From assembly GCA_051530055.1 (NCBI GenBank), contig CM121341.1:2072615-2136614 (forward strand): 64,000 nt of DNA. Reading direction: 5' to 3'. Position 1 is the first letter of the stretch, and every line of letters starts with the position of its first letter. The stretch is from Neoechinorhynchus agilis. Taxonomy: Eukaryota; Animalia; Acanthocephala. This document shows, piece by piece, positions 60,590 through 64,000 of the stretch. Made by a program: the position numbers and the translations under genes. The notes beneath the pieces were generated by a model. It searched no databases. It was not told the origin of the DNA and worked only from the letters and a program-made list of their open reading frames with translations.

Positions 60590-61072
60590 GCCCCTATTCA
60601 TTGGCGCTGGCCAAAATGCTTGCCGCATTGCCCCGCTGCACCGCAATGCTTATTTTTTGAGCTAGGAACGAAGTCGATCTTGGCTCTCCAGTCGCCGCGT
60701 TGATTCGTTTCCCCAAGTCCTTCAGGAGGGCCAGTGCCGACCCTCCCAAGGCCGTTTCCACACCGAAGGGGACAAAATGGTAATTTCGGATTAGCTCCCT
60801 GTATTTTGAGCATTTCCGATCATCTGCCGCCGTCGCCGCTCCTCCTGGACCTTTTTTCGAGTGGCTGATGTTGGAGTTTGCCAAAACATTTTCCCTCCCG
60901 CCAAGGAATCCATCTAATCTACAAAGATTAGTGGTTCTAGAATGTTTGGGAGGGAAAGCGTTTTTAGAGTCCTACTCAGAATGGCATTGATTTCAGCATG
61001 CCTTGGAAATCGCTGACGTCTTGCATATGAGACCGTGTCTCCCCGAAGAGTCCAATATAGTGCCACAGCGGC
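60590..61072 (-). mobile_element. CRE-type retrotransposon 3' fragment with internal deletions and frameshifts
   Basis: CRCG..LDSSGRHGLIC (CCHC knuckle), then a deleted RPDG segment and IPWREGKC joined to LANSNISHS...K.SKY...FVPFGVET...AVQRGNAASIL. Confidence 0.9.
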
Positions 61073-61945
61073 AATCTTTATAATTTAGTAAATGAGCAAC
61101 GAATTTTCTTTCTTTTTCTCTAAATTTATTTAATCTCGCTCTTTAATCTTTGGATTCTTTTTTTTTCTCTAAATTTATTTAATCTTGCTCTTCAATCTTT
61201 ATAATTTAGTAAATGAGCAACGAATTTTCTTTCTTTTTCTCTAAATTTATTTAGTCTTGCTCTTCAATCTTTATAATTTAGTAAATGAGCAACGAATTTT
61301 CTTTCTTTTTCTCTAAATTTATTTAGTCTCGCTCTTCAATCTTTATAATTTAGTAAATAAGCAACGAATTTTCTTTCTTTTTCTCTAAATTTATTTAGTC
61401 TTGCTCTTCAATCTTTATAATTTAGTAAATGAGCAACGAATTTTCTTTTTTTCCCTCAATTTATTTAGTCTCGCTCCTCAATCTTTATAATTTAGTAAAT
61501 GAGCAACGGATTTTCTTTCTTTTTCTCTAAATTTATTTAATCTCGCTCTTTAATCTTTGGATTCTTTTTTTCTCTAAATTTATTTAGTCTTGCTCTTCAA
61601 TCTTTATAATTTAGTAAATGGCAACGAATTTTCTTTCTTTTCTCTAAATTTATTTAGTCTTGCTCTTCAATCTTTATAATTTAGTAAATGAGCAACGAAT
61701 TTTCTTTCTTTTTCTCTAAATTTATTTAGTCTCGCTCTTCAATCTTTATAATTTAGTAAATAAGCAACGAATTTTCTTTCTTTTTCTCTAAATTTATTTA
61801 GTCTTGCTCTTCAATCTTTATAATTTAGTAAATGAGCAACGAATTTTCTTTTTTTCCCTCAATTTATTTAGTCTCGCTCCTCAATCTTTATAATTTAGTA
61901 AATGGGCAACGAATTTTCTTTCTTTTTCTCTAAATTTATTTAGCC
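61073..61945. repeat. AT-rich minisatellite, ~73-bp unit plus ~48-bp short unit, with ~405-bp higher-order periodicity
   Basis: AATCTTTATAATTTAGTAAATGAGCAACGAATTTTC repeats about 11 times. Variant units (short TTTGGATTC unit, AAATAAGC unit, CCCTCAAT unit) each recur ~400-410 bp apart. Confidence 0.95.
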
Positions 61946-62533
61946 CTCTCACTTTAAACGTATTTGATGATGAGGTTCATGACTGTTCACTAATATCAAA
62001 ATAAACCCCGGCGGCGCTGGACGAAAACCTTGGTCACATTCTCGCCTTCATTCTGTGCTAAGAATCAATTGCGACCCAAACATTCCGAAACAACCGCAAA
62101 CACCTCATCAAAATAAACATCTTGGAGATTATTAACAAGAAAATTTTCCGCGTTTCCAATTCGCAGAAAATAAACTAATTGGAAAAATCCAATATTATGT
62201 TTCTAGTGGCACCAGTGATTTAGTCGAAAAACATATCGACAAATTGTTATTCACAACTCGATTTTTTTAAATTATATGAACTCAAAGCGTTATTGTGTCT
62301 TTTAAACGTTTTCTGATAAAAAAGCACTTTGAACGGATCATAAATCGCAATTAATGTTTAAGGAAAAAAATTGGGATACTCAGATGAACATCCCAATATG
62401 GTGTTATCGACTTATCGATTTTTTTGATTGAAGGAAGTTGTTCACAATCTTTTGACGGTTATATTTTTTAAAAAACAATTCAATGAAATTTTTCTCTTAG
62501 AATGTTTTTTTTCTAGATTTTTTGTGAATACGA

Positions 62534-63627
62534 ATGCTTAAACTTAATGCTAAAAATTTGATTTGTATTATTCGAACATATAAATGGAAAATCCGAACTC
62601 GCCATTGGGATAAACATCACGCCTCAATCCGTGGAAAATTGGTCCAAAAGGTTTGTAAATTTTTTTGTAATTAAATAGATTTTCCTCAAATAAATCCATA
62701 GGTAGATCTTCCTGATTTTCAAGAAATAAAAAATAGGGAATCTTATAGTATTCAAGAAAGACGTGAATACATGAAAAAAGAAGGTTTTCCATTGAATCCG
62801 GAATTTAATTATCTTCCCATGAATTTGACCTCCAGCGGTTTGTATCTTACCTAAACCACTGATGAGTAGTTTTCTTGATTAGGCGAAATAATCGAAAAAT
62901 TCGTTTGTCCAAAAGAAGATGGGTTATTGGCTCCATTGAGTGGACAAGTAAGTACTGTTCTCTTTTGTAAGTTTAAATCTCTCTTTTTTTGTGCGCTAAA
63001 CAGAAGCTGAAATCATTTTACGACAAATTTGTTTCCAAAGGTTCTACGTGGCGTGCACTTAGAAAAATAGGCGACGAAATTCGAGATTTCGACAAAGAAT
63101 ATTTCCCACTCCAATCTCAAAACATTTATCAAAATGCTCACGAAGCCTTGTGTCAGTGGAACATGGAGAAAATACGTGAGTTAATAACTGAACATTGCTA
63201 CGGGAAATTGATCCCTCCTCTGGAGCGGAAATCGGTTGTGTGGTCGTTGGAGGAGCCGTTGGAGCCTCCTAGAATAGTTCATGCGCGAGTTGGCGATATG
63301 CTTTCTGGGAAGATTGTCATTGGTCAAATAACTGTTAGAATGTTCACTCAACAACGATTAGCGATATTCGATCGGTTTGGTCGGCTACTTGCCGGGAATC
63401 CTGACGAATTACAGGATATTCTGGAGTATATTGTATTCGAACGGATGCTTAGCAATCGTTACTCCACTTGGCGGATGCACGATAAAATCGTTCCTGATTG
63501 GGTTAAAGCGAAATCACATAGATCGAATAGGACTTTTGTTTTGAAATCGGCATTTAAGAAGGAGGACGTTTCGGGAGAAGATGAACATCATAAAGTCAAT
63601 GTTAAAGATTTAACAATTGATAGCTGA
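62534..63627 (+). CDS. MRPL45: Mitochondrial ribosomal protein mL45 (Tim44-like domain), 4 exons
   Basis: RHWDK...DLPDF...ERREYMKKEG, then QQRLAIFDRFGRLLAG...DILEYIVFERMLSNRYSTWRMHDKIVPDW. Short GT-AG introns can be placed. Confidence 0.92.
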
Positions 63628-63759
63628 GTTTTTAAAAAAAATAAAGTTACTCAGTACGGAAAATGGGACTTGTTCGATGACCTAATTTATAATGTGACGG
63701 TTATCGTACGGATTTTTTAAACTTCACAAGTACCCAAAATGTAAAATCATCAACTATAG

Positions 63760-63970
63760 AAAAATTTCCGATGAGAACGGAGGAAGACCTTTATTTTTCA
63801 TTGCCTCGGGGATCCAAAATTCATAAAAATAATTGGCTGCCCGAGGATAAAATTTTTAAATTATTAACAGTTTTTGATTATCAGTGAACACATTAAATTT
63901 TTTATAAAAGTTCCGATGGGAACGGTGGAACGTCTTTATCCTTCATTCCCATTTCTGAATCTCACAACAG
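63760..63970. repeat. Second locus of the degenerate ~150-bp repeat seen at 16340-16650
   Basis: Shares the blocks GATG(A/G)GAACGG, TGCCTCGGGGATCC, ATAAAAATAATTGGCTGC and ATCAGTGAACAC. Confidence 0.7.
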
Positions 63971-64000
63971 ATTTCATCTAGCAAGGTTTTCGCACCTAGA

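Noticed and set aside
61965-62015. Possible ancient family C hammerhead remnant
   Set aside because: Both the core (ATGATGA) and GAAA (CTAA) are altered, and similarity to the family tail is too short to be significant.

Overview
AT-rich, gene-dense animal nuclear DNA with mostly ~45-60 nt introns. The lineage is possibly Syndermata (rotifers, seisonids, acanthocephalans), inferred only from one proline-rich protein family. The window opens with a ~240-bp satellite array (1-5817). It then contains diverged genes: an alpha/beta-hydrolase-fold protein, a rotifer-type Pro-rich protein, a DC-STAMP/DCST protein, an Iroquois homeobox, ACBD3-like, multi-PDZ genes, an Ig-less DCC/neogenin-like receptor, two claudin-like paralogs, XRCC2-like, DMAP1, CPSF1 and MRPL45. 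There are also five CRE-type non-LTR retrotransposon fragments, a 623-bp foldback element and two minisatellites. The main discovery is about ten short (130-400 bp), non-coding, palindromic insertions built around minimal type I hammerhead ribozyme motifs (CTGANGA or compensated TTGATAA core, stem II, GAAA-TA-TH). Five have clear 9-14 bp target-site duplications and a sixth is weaker. One is nested inside another in a CPSF1 intron. They look like MITEs but are best explained as hairpin-shaped, non-autonomous derivatives of Penelope-like retroelements. Ribozyme activity and mobilisation mechanism are inferences, not tested. All exon boundaries were read by eye and are approximate.
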